NCBI GenBank assembly: GCA_035253865.1
Contig: DATFBL010000055.1
Coordinates: 1 to 53,418, forward strand
Direction of reading: 5' to 3'
Source of the DNA: Nitrososphaeraceae archaeon
Lineage (GTDB): Archaea; Thermoproteota; Nitrososphaeria; Nitrososphaerales; Nitrososphaeraceae
Length of the DNA stretch: 53,418 bases
Below, piece by piece: positions 1-10,770 of the stretch (positions are counted from its first letter, which is position 1; every line of letters begins with the position of its first letter). A model generated the notes under the pieces. That model saw only the letters and a program-made list of their open reading frames with translations. It searched no databases and was not told the origin of the DNA. The translations under genes were made by a program, and so were the position numbers.

Positions 1-1
1 A

Positions 2-400
2 GAAGAATCAATTCAAGCTGCAAAGGAGATAGCAGATAATTTTCTAGAATCTCAAAAGGAGGTAATCCATTCATTGCAATCCTTATGGATTCCGTATGTC
101 GAAAACGTACAGAATTCATATTGGTCTTATTGGGCCTCACCGAAGAGAACGACTGAAAATTATGCAAGAGCAGTAAGCAATATTACCGACAGTACTATTG
201 CTTCAACCAGATTGGCAAATAATGTGTTTTTTGCTGCTATGGAGGCTTGGAAAACAACTTTACAACATGCAAGAGACAATGCCAAGGAATTTTCACGACT
301 CAATGCAAACTACGCAAGGACATTTGAAAATGTTGCAAAAGATAGCTTGCGAGATTTTTCAAATAGAGAAATACAATCACAAGGACACACACGACAATAG
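2..400 (+). CDS. Nitrososphaeraceae conserved helical protein (possibly phasin-like), 5'-truncated by window edge
   Basis: Frame is open from base 2 (EESIQAAKEIADNFLESQKEVIHSLQSLW...) into the 74..400 ORF; amphipathic helical, Ala/Asn/Gln-rich. Confidence 0.7.
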   Translation, partial: EESIQAAKEIADNFLESQKEVIHSLQSLWIPYVENVQNSYWSYWASPKRTTENYARAVSNITDSTIASTRLANNVFFAAMEAWKTTLQHARDNAKEFSRLNANYARTFENVAKDSLRDFSNREIQSQGHTRQ

Positions 401-557
401 GCTTTACGATGGATAAATAGAATTTATCTATCCTTTTTTGTTTCATTATTTGTTACTTTTCTAAAAGATGTTTGAATGTGATTTGTAAGCTAGCTTGAAT
501 AAAAATAAGCTTTATTCCTTACTATGGACTATAGCCTTAGATGTTTAAATAATATTC

Positions 558-1745
558 ATGGAGATAAGTGAGAGCTTACACACTAGTAAGATACATGTCA
601 CTAGGATGTCTCCATTAAGTCACTGCAGTATCGGAAGACAACAAGACGAGTACAAGGAATCAGAAGATGATATCAAGAAAAGTGAAGTTATTTTTTCCAA
701 CAGGTCCGAATGCTACTGCATTTCAATGATAGACATAGTTGGGTCAACACAAATCACATCAAACCTACACAACTCGGGGAAAATTAAGAAATTTTATACA
801 GTCTTTATTAACGAAATTGCCGATATTGTAAAGCTCCACGATGGAAAAATACTAAAAACAGTAGGCGATGGTGTAATATTCTTCTTTCCTAAAACATCGG
901 TTGTAGAAAATATAGACGGATTCAAACAGGCATTGGAATGTTTACTTAACATGATATCATCTCGTCATGTCATAAATGCTAAACTTCATAAGGAATTCCT
1001 TCCCGACATCTCTTACAGAATTAGCGCAGATTATGGTAAATTAGAAGTTGCGATGTCAGGTGAAATATCTAGTTCGTACGATCTCTTTGGCCCTACCATT
1101 AACTTTTGTGCAAAAATTAACAAAAAGGCGCCACCAAATGGGATAGCCATAGGCGCCGATTTGTGGAGAATCGTAAATTCATTTCCAAAACTTTCCAAAC
1201 GATATCACTTTCAGGAAATTAAAGAACTGTCCTGGAAAGAGAACAAATATTCATATCCTGTATATATGCTAAAACCGACCACTGAAAAATACATCACGGG
1301 AAAGCCGATATTATCAACCAAATATGATCTAGTTTATGAATTTGCATCTACACCTAAAGTGCCAACAATAATGTTAATAGATGACGATCCATCCATCTCT
1401 AATCTATTTACTCAATATCTAAGATCAGCAGGAATGATTGTGGATTCATTTACTGATCCTGAAAAGGCCCTTGCTCATTTCATAGAATCAGACTATAAAT
1501 ATTATGATCTGGTAATAACAGATATTCGGATGACACATCTCAATGGATTTGAATTATACCAGCAATTAAAGGCGCTTGATCCAAATATTCAGATAATATT
1601 TGTTACTGCACTCGATATTGCTCAAGAAATCACTACGTTATTACCAGAGGTAAAGTTAAACCAGTTCCTCATAAAACCAGTGAACCCAAATGTTCTGATT
1701 AATAGCGTCAAAAAGCATGCAGAGCGACATATCGGGGGAATATAA
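558..1745 (+). CDS. Class III adenylate/guanylate cyclase with C-terminal receiver (REC) domain
   Basis: Cyclase motifs MIDIVGST, LKTVGDG, ISADYG, YDLFGPTINFCAK; REC motifs LIDDD, ITDIRM, VTA, IKP. Confidence 0.88.
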   Translation: MEISESLHTSKIHVTRMSPLSHCSIGRQQDEYKESEDDIKKSEVIFSNRSECYCISMIDIVGSTQITSNLHNSGKIKKFYTVFINEIADIVKLHDGKILKTVGDGVIFFFPKTSVVENIDGFKQALECLLNMISSRHVINAKLHKEFLPDISYRISADYGKLEVAMSGEISSSYDLFGPTINFCAKINKKAPPNGIAIGADLWRIVNSFPKLSKRYHFQEIKELSWKENKYSYPVYMLKPTTEKYITGKPILSTKYDLVYEFASTPKVPTIMLIDDDPSISNLFTQYLRSAGMIVDSFTDPEKALAHFIESDYKYYDLVITDIRMTHLNGFELYQQLKALDPNIQIIFVTALDIAQEITTLLPEVKLNQFLIKPVNPNVLINSVKKHAERHIGGI

Positions 1746-1747
1746 CC

Positions 1748-3898
1748 ATGACCATTGAACAAATAAGGCGGACACAAAACATGGTACCTTCAACGCGGAT
1801 TATTTTTGGAAAGCGAAATGCCATCAATACCGAATTAAGTATTTTTAAACAAGCAAGCAAAAGCATTGACACTTGCATGACATATACCAGACCTTCGCTT
1901 GCAGTTTCCATAAAACCAATAAAAGATGCATTCTTGTCAGCCAAGAGAAGAGGTGTGAGACTTAGATACATCACTGAAATCAATCACGAGAATTTTGAAG
2001 ATTGCAAGGTGTTACTAGGTATTATAGATGAGTTAAGACACTTAGACGGTGTGAAGACTAACTTTATGATCAGTGAGAAGGAATATCTAGCTCCGTTGAT
2101 TCAAGAAAAAAGCGATACAATTGCGTCGGAGCATATCTACAGCGACATGGTTCAAATTGTAGAACATGGACGCTGTATATTTGATACCCTGTGGAGTAAA
2201 TCAATCTCAGCTGAGGAAAGAATAGGCCAATTACAAGAGAATGCGTTTCCTCAAGAGACAAAAATATTGGACAATCGCGATGAGATAATAAAACACATGA
2301 CTCATTTATCTGAAGTCTCTTCAGGCCTATCAATTGTATCAAATCAGGGCGGAATGCAACTAACTTACAATATCTTTTTGGAACAATGCAAAAATCTCCT
2401 TGATAAACAGAGAAGAGGAGAGGGTGAGGGAATTAGATGGATTATGAGGATTGAAAAAGATAGTGTTAAACTGGTCAAGAAGTTTCTTAAACTAGGAGTG
2501 AATATAAGACATGTAAAGAACCTAGCCCCTATCAATTTTGCGGTTAGTAAAAATGGACTTGTCGCCACGATAGAAGAGATGAAAGGAGGAGATATGATTC
2601 AAAATCTTCTTACCAGTAACGAAAAATCTTACATACAACATTTTACTTCCATGTTTGAGCAGTTATGGAAGGAAGGAGTAGATGCACGATACCGAATTAA
2701 AGATATAGAAGAAAAGGTCGGGATTGCAGAAATAGAAATAATTCGCAACCCTGTTGACTCAATTACTCGAGGCTGGAACATGGTAAGATCTGCTCGAAAA
2801 GAGATCGATGTTTTATTTTCCTCTTCTAATGCCTTAAAGCGGCAAATTACTATGGGAGCATTATCACTATTGAAAAATGCGTCAGAAAAACAAAAAGTAA
2901 AGATAAGAATGTTACTCCCGTTGTCTGATAAGTCAGAAGTACTAATAGAACAAACAAAATCTAATGTTCCTAAAATTGATATTAGAACCATAAGTGCAAA
3001 TCTTGAAACAAAGATTTCTATACTTGTAGTAGATTCCAAACAATGTCTTATTTTAGAGCTAAAGGATGATAAACAAAATACATCTTATGAAGCGGTTGGA
3101 CTATCCACATACTCAATGAGCCCTACTATCATCTCATCTTATTTGGCTGTATTCGAAAGTTTCTGGAGACAGGCAGAGCTTTTTAAGAAGATGAAAGAAG
3201 TAGAATTGTTGGAAAAAGATTTTGTGAATATTGCTGCCCATGAATTGCGAAATCCCATTCAACCAATTATTGGTTTTTCAGAATTGCTTTATTCAAAGAT
3301 TGATAATCACGAACATAGACGATTACTTGATGAAGTCATATTGAATGCAAGGAGACTCGAGAGACTTTCACGATTAATGTTAGATGTGACCCGGATTGAG
3401 AACAATTCGTTGGTTTTAACAAAAGAAGTTGTTGATGCAAGTGAGGTAATGAAAGATATAATTGATAGTTACAACCACAAATTAGAAGAAAAAAACACTG
3501 AAATCAACAATGGAAGGTCCAAATTGATGATAATTCAAAATGGAATAAAAAACATCAACGCTGCAATAGATAAGGTTAGGATAACACAAGTGTTCTGTAA
3601 CATACTTGATAATGCAATCAGTTTTAGTCAAGAAGGAAAAATTCATGTAATGTTAAAAAAGGAAAAGCAAAATGGACAACACTTTCTTATCATAAGCGTA
3701 CAAGACATAGGACCTGGAATAGACCCAGAAATTATGTCCAAATTATTTACAAAATTTGCATCCAAATCAGATGTGGGTACAGGACTTGGACTGTTCATTT
3801 CAAAAGGTATTGTTGAGGCACATGGTGGCAAAATATGGGCAGAAAACAATCTAGACAGAGGAGCTACATTTAGTTTTAGTCTTCCAATCGATAATTAA
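1748..3898 (+). CDS. Cytoplasmic sensor histidine kinase with repeated TrmB/PLD-like N-terminal modules, HisKA and HATPase_c
   Basis: H-box AAHELRNP, N-box NILDNA, G1 DIGPGI, G2 GTGLGL; repeated 'F..LW' ending N-terminal modules; starts 2 nt after the cyclase stop. Confidence 0.92.
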   Translation: MTIEQIRRTQNMVPSTRIIFGKRNAINTELSIFKQASKSIDTCMTYTRPSLAVSIKPIKDAFLSAKRRGVRLRYITEINHENFEDCKVLLGIIDELRHLDGVKTNFMISEKEYLAPLIQEKSDTIASEHIYSDMVQIVEHGRCIFDTLWSKSISAEERIGQLQENAFPQETKILDNRDEIIKHMTHLSEVSSGLSIVSNQGGMQLTYNIFLEQCKNLLDKQRRGEGEGIRWIMRIEKDSVKLVKKFLKLGVNIRHVKNLAPINFAVSKNGLVATIEEMKGGDMIQNLLTSNEKSYIQHFTSMFEQLWKEGVDARYRIKDIEEKVGIAEIEIIRNPVDSITRGWNMVRSARKEIDVLFSSSNALKRQITMGALSLLKNASEKQKVKIRMLLPLSDKSEVLIEQTKSNVPKIDIRTISANLETKISILVVDSKQCLILELKDDKQNTSYEAVGLSTYSMSPTIISSYLAVFESFWRQAELFKKMKEVELLEKDFVNIAAHELRNPIQPIIGFSELLYSKIDNHEHRRLLDEVILNARRLERLSRLMLDVTRIENNSLVLTKEVVDASEVMKDIIDSYNHKLEEKNTEINNGRSKLMIIQNGIKNINAAIDKVRITQVFCNILDNAISFSQEGKIHVMLKKEKQNGQHFLIISVQDIGPGIDPEIMSKLFTKFASKSDVGTGLGLFISKGIVEAHGGKIWAENNLDRGATFSFSLPIDN

Positions 3899-4093
3899 TT
3901 CCTTAAAAGATTATCTTGCAAACCTTGAGATTTGGTCCAAGCACGACGGACTACCCGATTCAGAAATAGAATAAGCGAAAGGTCTAAATTGATTAATGCA
4001 GATTATTGAGATAACTTAGGTGTATATTCATCAAAGTCAAGATTGAGTATCATCAACAAAAGAGTTAACAATAACTAAGGTAACAAAATTACA

Positions 4094-4333
4094 ATGAATG
4101 ATTCAAATCCCAAAGTAAATGAAAGGATATTTCTATTATGTGATCAATGTTTTTGGACTGTAACCTGCCTTAACAAGAATTACCTTGAAGAGACATTGTC
4201 GAAAAATAACACCTGTCCTCGTTGCAATCAAGACCAATTGTCTAGCTTTCCGGTAATGCCCAATGATTCATTTACTTATAGCTATTCTAAAAAGAGAGGT
4301 ATTGAGTTAAATTTTGGCATTAGAAAGACATGA
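4094..4333 (+). CDS. Small zinc-ribbon protein
   Basis: CDQC...CPRC pairs; stop overlaps the next start (ATGA). Confidence 0.7.
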   Translation: MNDSNPKVNERIFLLCDQCFWTVTCLNKNYLEETLSKNNTCPRCNQDQLSSFPVMPNDSFTYSYSKKRGIELNFGIRKT

Positions 4334-4524
4334 AATATTATCATAGACTTAATCGAATGAGCCCTCTAAGCAATATAAAGCATGATGATCAAAGTCGTTT
4401 AATGAGTAGCGAAGATCTATGTGCGTATTGTCATCATCAAAGAGTTGGACACAAGAATACCTTGGGTGATCAAGATTCAACGTGCTCGTGGCCTAAATGT
4501 ACTTGTAAAGGGTTCGTTGAATAA
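4330..4524 (+). CDS. Small Cys/His-rich putative metal-binding protein
   Basis: CAYCHH...H...CSWPKCTCKGF. Confidence 0.55.
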   Translation: MKYYHRLNRMSPLSNIKHDDQSRLMSSEDLCAYCHHQRVGHKNTLGDQDSTCSWPKCTCKGFVE

Positions 4525-4712
4525 TCAAAAATTGGTTTAATGCAATCCATTCTGTAAGTTTTCAAATTGAGTATACTGATAGAATAAATGATTATATCAT
4601 AAGATAAAATTAGGAGCTCGGATATTAGACCTAACGTACATTTGAATTGTGTGGTAACGTCTAATGTGATGAAGGGAACAACATTGTTATATAGTTGATC
4701 ACAAGGAATGAC

Positions 4713-5516
4713 ATGTTGAAAGATATCAGGAAATTGTTGATTCAACCTGGAAAACGTATGGACCTTTCTAAGTTTGATCCTGATGATACATTTGGTAAAA
4801 AAAGAGATGAGCTTGATGAGAAACTTCCAAAGCTTAAATCATTAATGTCAGAATTACAGTACAAACTTTACATTCAAAATGGAAAAGCATTATTAATTGT
4901 TCTTCAAGGTATGGACACTTCTGGCAAGGATGGGGTAATAAGACATGTGATAAGTGCGTTTAATCCAGTTTCCTGCAGAGTTGAGTCGTTTAAGGTACCG
5001 ACATCTGAAGAATTGGCACATGATTATTTGTGGAGGATTCATAAAACAGTACCCCGAAGGGGTTTTGTAGTAGTGTTTAATCGTTCTCATTATGAGGATG
5101 TTGTTGAAGTTCGTGTTCAGAAACTTGTACCGGAATCTAAATGTCTGAAGAGATTTGACCAGATAAGACAGTTTGAGATAATGCTCTCAGAAAATGATGT
5201 AAAGATATTGAAATTCTTTTTGCATATTAGCAAGGAAGAGCAAAAAAAGAGACTTCTTGACAGATTATCGAATCCAGAAAAGCGATGGAAGGTCAATGAG
5301 GATGATTATGAAAAGCGAAAGAAATGGGAAAAATATATGTCTGCTTATACTGATGCTATTAATAACTGCAGCACAAAACAAGCACCTTGGTACGTAATTC
5401 CAGCAAATAAGAAATGGTTTAGAAACTGGGTGATATCAGAAATAATCACAAAAGCAATGATAGAAATGAAAACCAAATATCCACAACTTCCTTCTCAATA
5501 TAACATAAAAATTTAA
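4713..5516 (+). CDS. ppk2: Polyphosphate kinase 2 family (polyP:nucleotide phosphotransferase, class III-like)
   Basis: Walker A QGMDTSGKDG, HDYLWR, FNRSHYEDV, KFFLHISKEEQ, PWYVIPANKKW; ATG at 4713 preferred to TTG at 4695. Confidence 0.92.
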   Translation: MLKDIRKLLIQPGKRMDLSKFDPDDTFGKKRDELDEKLPKLKSLMSELQYKLYIQNGKALLIVLQGMDTSGKDGVIRHVISAFNPVSCRVESFKVPTSEELAHDYLWRIHKTVPRRGFVVVFNRSHYEDVVEVRVQKLVPESKCLKRFDQIRQFEIMLSENDVKILKFFLHISKEEQKKRLLDRLSNPEKRWKVNEDDYEKRKKWEKYMSAYTDAINNCSTKQAPWYVIPANKKWFRNWVISEIITKAMIEMKTKYPQLPSQYNIKI

Positions 5517-5746
5517 GCATTTTTTTATAAAATATACTTTTTATGTTGAGACAAAAACGATATTCGAATTAAGATTAAAAGGTAAAAAAGAAAATTTTTT
5601 AAACCATATTAATATTTTATTAGATATTCGAGCGAGTGAATAAATAAATTCGATTTTTTTGATATACAACTTTCCTTTGTGCTATGCTTAATCAATTAGA
5701 TACATTAAAAAGATGCATCCAACATATTAAGAAGATTTGAATTGAA

Positions 5747-7291
5747 ATGACGCAACCGCATGATAGTAACAATAACCGAAATCCAACAACCCCTTCTTTG
5801 AATCAGAAAGTAAGTAGAAAAGCCTGGACGACATTAGCGATTTTAGGCTCTGCACTCTTAATTGCCATGTATGGTGAAACTATGTTACTACCTGCAATAC
5901 CAGACATAATCGAGGAATTTAATATCTCTTACAATACATCTTCATGGATTTTATCTGCATATCTTATTGCAGGTGCTGTTGCAACTCCACTAGGTGGGAA
6001 GCTCTCCGATATCTACGGCAGGAAAAAAATGGTTATGATCATATTGATTATTTATATTATTGGAATAACTCTAGGAGGAATTTCATCTAATATTACATTT
6101 CTCATAGTTTCCAGGGTAATCCAAGGAATAGGTATTTCAATGTTCCCCATTGCATTTGGAATAATACGAGATCAGTTTCCAATTGATAAGCTTGCAATAG
6201 GTGTGGGTGTATTCAGTTCCATGTTCGCAGCTGGATCTGTAGTTGGTTTAGCATTGGGAGCAAACATAATTGAGAACTTTGGTTGGAGAACTACTTTTTT
6301 TTCAATTGTATTCGTGGCAATTGGCTTGTGGTTTATTATTAGACGATATATTGATGATAAACAAGAATCTGCGAATACAATAAATACACCAGAGCAACTT
6401 CAAACTTCGAATTCAAATCAGAACAAGATCAATGTTCCTGATGAAGATAATACAAAGGTCAAGAACAAGAAAAGTATAGATATGAAAGGGACTATAACCC
6501 TTGCAGTTACTGTAATTTCATTACTCATGGTTCTTTCTTATTCACAGACGAACCATATTGGAAATTATCAAATTGCCATATTTCTATCAGTAGGCATTGT
6601 ATCACTAGTACTCTTTGTGATTGTGGAAAAGAAATCAAAATCACCTTTGGTAAATTTTCAATTAATGTCGAATAAGACCATTCTTTCTGCAAATATCATT
6701 CTGGTTATTGCATTTCTATCAATGTTTACAGTTTTTCAAACTGTACCTGTATTGGTAAGAAGTCCTCAACCATTTGGATTTGGAGAAAGCGTCGTAACAA
6801 CCGCAAACATTCAACTTCCATTTATGATTGTATTTCTTCTATTTGCGCCTTCTTCTGGTTTCATTGTATCTAAACTAGGTAACATAAAGCCAACAATAAT
6901 AGGAAGTATAGTTAGTGCCCTAGGATTTGCTAGTCTTTTCTTGTTTCACACAAACGGCGTGTTAGTTGCAGCAAATTTGGCGATAATTGCTGGAGGCTTG
7001 TCATTGATGCAAGTTGGTGGTTTTGATATTGTTCTACAATCCACGCCGAGAAAATTTAGTGGAATATCTCTCGGAATGACTGTTCTATTTAATTTGGTTG
7101 GTGGATCAGTCGGACCTGCCGTTGCAGGAATTTACATGCAGACAAATCAAGTATTAATTAAGGGTGTTGGCTGGTATCCTTCTCCTGATTCATATAACTT
7201 GATCTTTTTAACAATAGCGATTGCCTCACTTATTCCAATTGCATTATCGATTTACATAAGAAAAAGATCTCACAAGGTTTTCATTGAATAA
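5747..7291 (+). CDS. MFS transporter, DHA2-like (14 TM)
   Basis: Motif A GKLSDIYGRKK, RVIQGIG, many TM helices, 514 aa. Confidence 0.9.
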   Translation: MTQPHDSNNNRNPTTPSLNQKVSRKAWTTLAILGSALLIAMYGETMLLPAIPDIIEEFNISYNTSSWILSAYLIAGAVATPLGGKLSDIYGRKKMVMIILIIYIIGITLGGISSNITFLIVSRVIQGIGISMFPIAFGIIRDQFPIDKLAIGVGVFSSMFAAGSVVGLALGANIIENFGWRTTFFSIVFVAIGLWFIIRRYIDDKQESANTINTPEQLQTSNSNQNKINVPDEDNTKVKNKKSIDMKGTITLAVTVISLLMVLSYSQTNHIGNYQIAIFLSVGIVSLVLFVIVEKKSKSPLVNFQLMSNKTILSANIILVIAFLSMFTVFQTVPVLVRSPQPFGFGESVVTTANIQLPFMIVFLLFAPSSGFIVSKLGNIKPTIIGSIVSALGFASLFLFHTNGVLVAANLAIIAGGLSLMQVGGFDIVLQSTPRKFSGISLGMTVLFNLVGGSVGPAVAGIYMQTNQVLIKGVGWYPSPDSYNLIFLTIAIASLIPIALSIYIRKRSHKVFIE

Positions 7292-7552
7292 TCTTCGACT
7301 ATCTCGTTATTCTATAAGATCTAGCATCAATTTAAAATCTAATATTTCTTTACTCAAAAGGTTTCTATCATGGTTATCAATAGCGTATTTGTAAAGGATC
7401 TCACATGCGCGGATTTGTTCCAAAATTATATCTTTCTTGTTTATGTAAAGAGATTGATGAAGATCCTCAACAGAATAGGCGATTCCTCTCTTGTCTAACG
7501 AGCCACATAGCTTGGCACTAATTTCTATAGTAGAATCAAAAATCCGTAAGAC

Positions 7553-7768
7553 TCATTTGTTTATTATCATCTCAAATCCAATTGGATCTTCTAGTCCGAA
7601 CCCTAACCTTCTACTCATCCAAATTGTACAATAAAAATCAGAATGCATTACTTCCTCTATGCTGTTACATTTATCACAACTCCACATAACGGACTCTTTA
7701 CAAATCTTGCAAAGTGCAGTGGGTATCAAATTAGATCCACATATTCTACAAGAATTCTTGTTGAACAT
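7553..7768 (-). CDS. Small triple-CxxC zinc-finger protein
   Basis: CRIC, CKIC, CDKC. Confidence 0.65.
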   Translation of the reverse strand: MFNKNSCRICGSNLIPTALCKICKESVMWSCDKCNSIEEVMHSDFYCTIWMSRRLGFGLEDPIGFEMIINK

Positions 7769-7992
7769 ATCAAGGGTGGGATAACTGTATCTATTAGGAT
7801 TGTGAATATTGATCTTATGGAATCATTCTGACCTATGTTGAATATATGGTCACATTGAGTTATTATTTGTCACTTAAATGATTGTACCACAAGACTTTAC
7901 TATATAAAATCAGGGTTGATACAGATGGAGCTTAAAATTATATGTTCGTGCTACGACGCTTTTGTATCCAAAACTCAGGTCTGATATAGATA

Positions 7993-8874
7993 ATGATCAA
8001 AATTCAATATGTATTATCCCCATTGTTAATAATGATACTTGTCACTTTTTTTGCTTCTGTATCATTTTCGCAAAATGTTACTAATCACAATGTTACTAAT
8101 CAAAATACTTCAGCTTCTACGATGCTTAATACCAGTAAGAAAAATGATTCAAGTGTGACAGTAATTAATGCCGTTGGCGACATAAAGTGTTCTAATCATC
8201 TGGATGATCAGATAAAATCTGACAACCCGGATCTCTTTATTGCCCTTGGAGATTTATGTTATAGACCTGATTTGATTAATTTTACAACTATTTATGGCGA
8301 TTTGATAAAGGAAAACAAACTGGCTTGTGTAGTTGGCAATCATGACTCTGAAGAAGATGGGAATTCAGAACTTCTAAATCAAACACTAGAATTATGTGGA
8401 GATCATTGGTATCGAAAAATTGCAAATGATACGACCCTTTTGATTGGGTTAAATACGAATGGAGATACCCAATCACAAACAAAATGGGGACAGTCGGTGG
8501 TAACAAATGGAACGTTGATGAATGGAATCAAAAATGTCATTTTACTTGCCCATAAACCTGCACATACCCCAGAATCAAATCACCCTGCAAGAGACTCAAC
8601 TATTGAAATGTTGTCGGGTATTGAAAGCAACATCTCTAAAAGTGTTCAAGTTTATGAAATATCAGCTCATAATCATTTAATGGCCGAGTCAAGTAATGGT
8701 CGCTGGTTTATTTCTGGAGCAGGTGGTAGAAGTCATTATGATGGAGAAAGTAGTTCGGAGTGGCCGTATGTAAACACTAAAAATTATGGATATCTACAAA
8801 TTAGAATAAATAATACTGATGGCAATGTGCTTGGTACAAATTTCTATGGATTGTATGGACGACTGCTCCATTGA
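7993..8874 (+). CDS. Secreted calcineurin-like metallophosphoesterase
   Basis: Signal peptide; AVGD, LGDLCY, VGNHD, AHKP, SAHNH, SGAGG. Confidence 0.88.
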   Translation: MIKIQYVLSPLLIMILVTFFASVSFSQNVTNHNVTNQNTSASTMLNTSKKNDSSVTVINAVGDIKCSNHLDDQIKSDNPDLFIALGDLCYRPDLINFTTIYGDLIKENKLACVVGNHDSEEDGNSELLNQTLELCGDHWYRKIANDTTLLIGLNTNGDTQSQTKWGQSVVTNGTLMNGIKNVILLAHKPAHTPESNHPARDSTIEMLSGIESNISKSVQVYEISAHNHLMAESSNGRWFISGAGGRSHYDGESSSEWPYVNTKNYGYLQIRINNTDGNVLGTNFYGLYGRLLH

Positions 8875-8936
8875 GATTTATTATAGCAAATCCATTAGAT
8901 AGGTTCCCAAGTGAATTTTCGTTGAGCTTCCTATTC

Positions 8937-9356
8937 CTATTCGCCCATTATTTGTAAAATTACAGTCCGGTTTCTAGATCTCGTATCCATTTCTAATAAA
9001 ACTACTTGCTGCCATGTTCCAAGTGTCAATTTACCCTGTATAATAGGAATGGTTATACTGGGTCCTATCAAAGATGACCGAACGTGTGAATGTCCATTTC
9101 CGTCATGCCAAGTGTTATCATGCTCATATTCTATGTCGCTTGGGATTATTCTAGACAACATTTCAGGAAAATCATGTACGAGTCCCGGTTCGTATTCAAT
9201 AGTTGTTACTGCCGCTGTTGAGCCTGAAACAAAAATAGTGACGGTTCCATTCTTAATTTTACTCTCTTTTACTATATTTGATAACTGAGAAGTCATATCG
9301 ATGATATCACCTTCTCCTTCTGAATGCAGCTGAAGAGTATCTGACAAAACTTTCAT
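8937..9356 (-). CDS. yjbQ: UPF0047 / YjbQ family protein
   Basis: GSTAAVTTIEYE, GNGHSHVRSSLIG, LGTWQQV. Confidence 0.92.
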   Translation of the reverse strand: MKVLSDTLQLHSEGEGDIIDMTSQLSNIVKESKIKNGTVTIFVSGSTAAVTTIEYEPGLVHDFPEMLSRIIPSDIEYEHDNTWHDGNGHSHVRSSLIGPSITIPIIQGKLTLGTWQQVVLLEMDTRSRNRTVILQIMGE

Positions 9357-9755
9357 ATTTGGAAGATTTTCACCTATATTATCTCAAGTATTTTGCAAGG
9401 TATATGGTTGTTACTACATTCTAATATCGCAATCATCTTGGTTCACTTTTTGTTAAGTAATCTCCTAATCTATTAACAAACCATGTCTGTCCGTGAGAGT
9501 GTTTCAGTCTCGCTCATTTTTGCTACATTTTGGTTTTCCAAAATTCCTTAGACTCCAAAAATTCCTTTAGACGCTTAAGATTATGTCTTCCCTTGTTTAT
9601 GAGTAATTTCTGTTTTTCAATCTTATTTTTAAATATTAAGTCAGAGTTCTGAGAATCCATAAAAGTAGAGACTATCATCTCTCCCTTAGCAATTTGCGAC
9701 TACTAAAGTCTGAGATTGCCTATAATGATAAATATGATAAGAAACCAAATAATAC

Positions 9756-10229
9756 ATGAATCAAATAGAAAAAATTCCAAGAGAGTATCATTCGATTACC
9801 CCCGTCCTGATTGTGAAAAATGGAGATGAAGCAATAGAATTTTATAAAAAAGGTTTTGGTGTTCAAGAACGAGGTCGTATGAAAGGCCCGGATGGTAGGG
9901 TTGCTCATGCAGAACTAAAGTTAGGTGATTCTGTCTTTATGTTGTCAGATGAATATCCTGAGATGGATTGTCATTCTCCAAAAACAATAGGAGGAAGTCC
10001 AATTTCCATGTATGTGTATGTCGATGATGTTGATTCGTTTTTCAATAGAGCGATTTCCGCTGGTGCCAAGGTACTTGACCCTATTAAGGATCAATTCTGG
10101 GGAGATCGCCATGGTAGACTGGAAGATCCATTTGGACATCTCTGGTCAATTGCTACACACAAGAAGGATCTTTCCGAAGATGAAATGAAAAAGGCTGCAG
10201 AAGCTGCTTTCTCTCAAATGTCAAAGTAA
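9756..10229 (+). CDS. VOC/glyoxalase family protein (PhnB-like)
   Basis: AIEFYKKGFG, HAELKLGDS, DQFWGDRHGRLEDPFGHLW. Confidence 0.92.
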   Translation: MNQIEKIPREYHSITPVLIVKNGDEAIEFYKKGFGVQERGRMKGPDGRVAHAELKLGDSVFMLSDEYPEMDCHSPKTIGGSPISMYVYVDDVDSFFNRAISAGAKVLDPIKDQFWGDRHGRLEDPFGHLWSIATHKKDLSEDEMKKAAEAAFSQMSK

Positions 10230-10391
10230 GTTCTTATTTTTTATTTTTCTTGCACTATTTCTGCAGAGAATTCTCATGTATCTATAATTTCAACTCTACT
10301 ATTGTGTAATAGTATATAGTAACAAAATTTTAGACTATAGTATATATTGTTGATAATTAATCAAACTCTATATAAAACAAAACTGGTCTAT

Positions 10392-10754
10392 ATGGAACAT
10401 ATAGTAATCAATTTTGCAGGCGACGTATTACTTGCCCAAGCTGTAAAAAACCACCTGACCTCTCAGAAAGTAGTATCCACTATCTATATGGTACCCGAAA
10501 CTGATGAGTTAAGCATTTCATTTGAACAAAATAATAAGAGAAATGGTATGAAGATTATTAAGGAAATCCTACGAAATTATTTAGACTCTAATAATTTGAC
10601 AAGGTATCAAATCATGCAATTAGAGAATATTCTTACTGTGGGCATCCCGAAGAAGATAGAAGAGATATCTAGTCTTGTTATGTGTGAGATATGTGGTTGG
10701 AGGGTGAATACTGAAGAGGAGTTACTTGTTCATAGAAGAATTCATTGGATTTAG
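10392..10754 (+). CDS. Hypothetical protein with C-terminal C2H2 zinc finger
   Basis: CEICG-x-HRRIH at the C-terminus; ATG at 10392 preferred. Confidence 0.7.
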   Translation: MEHIVINFAGDVLLAQAVKNHLTSQKVVSTIYMVPETDELSISFEQNNKRNGMKIIKEILRNYLDSNNLTRYQIMQLENILTVGIPKKIEEISSLVMCEICGWRVNTEEELLVHRRIHWI

Positions 10755-10770
10755 AATCGCAATAATGATA

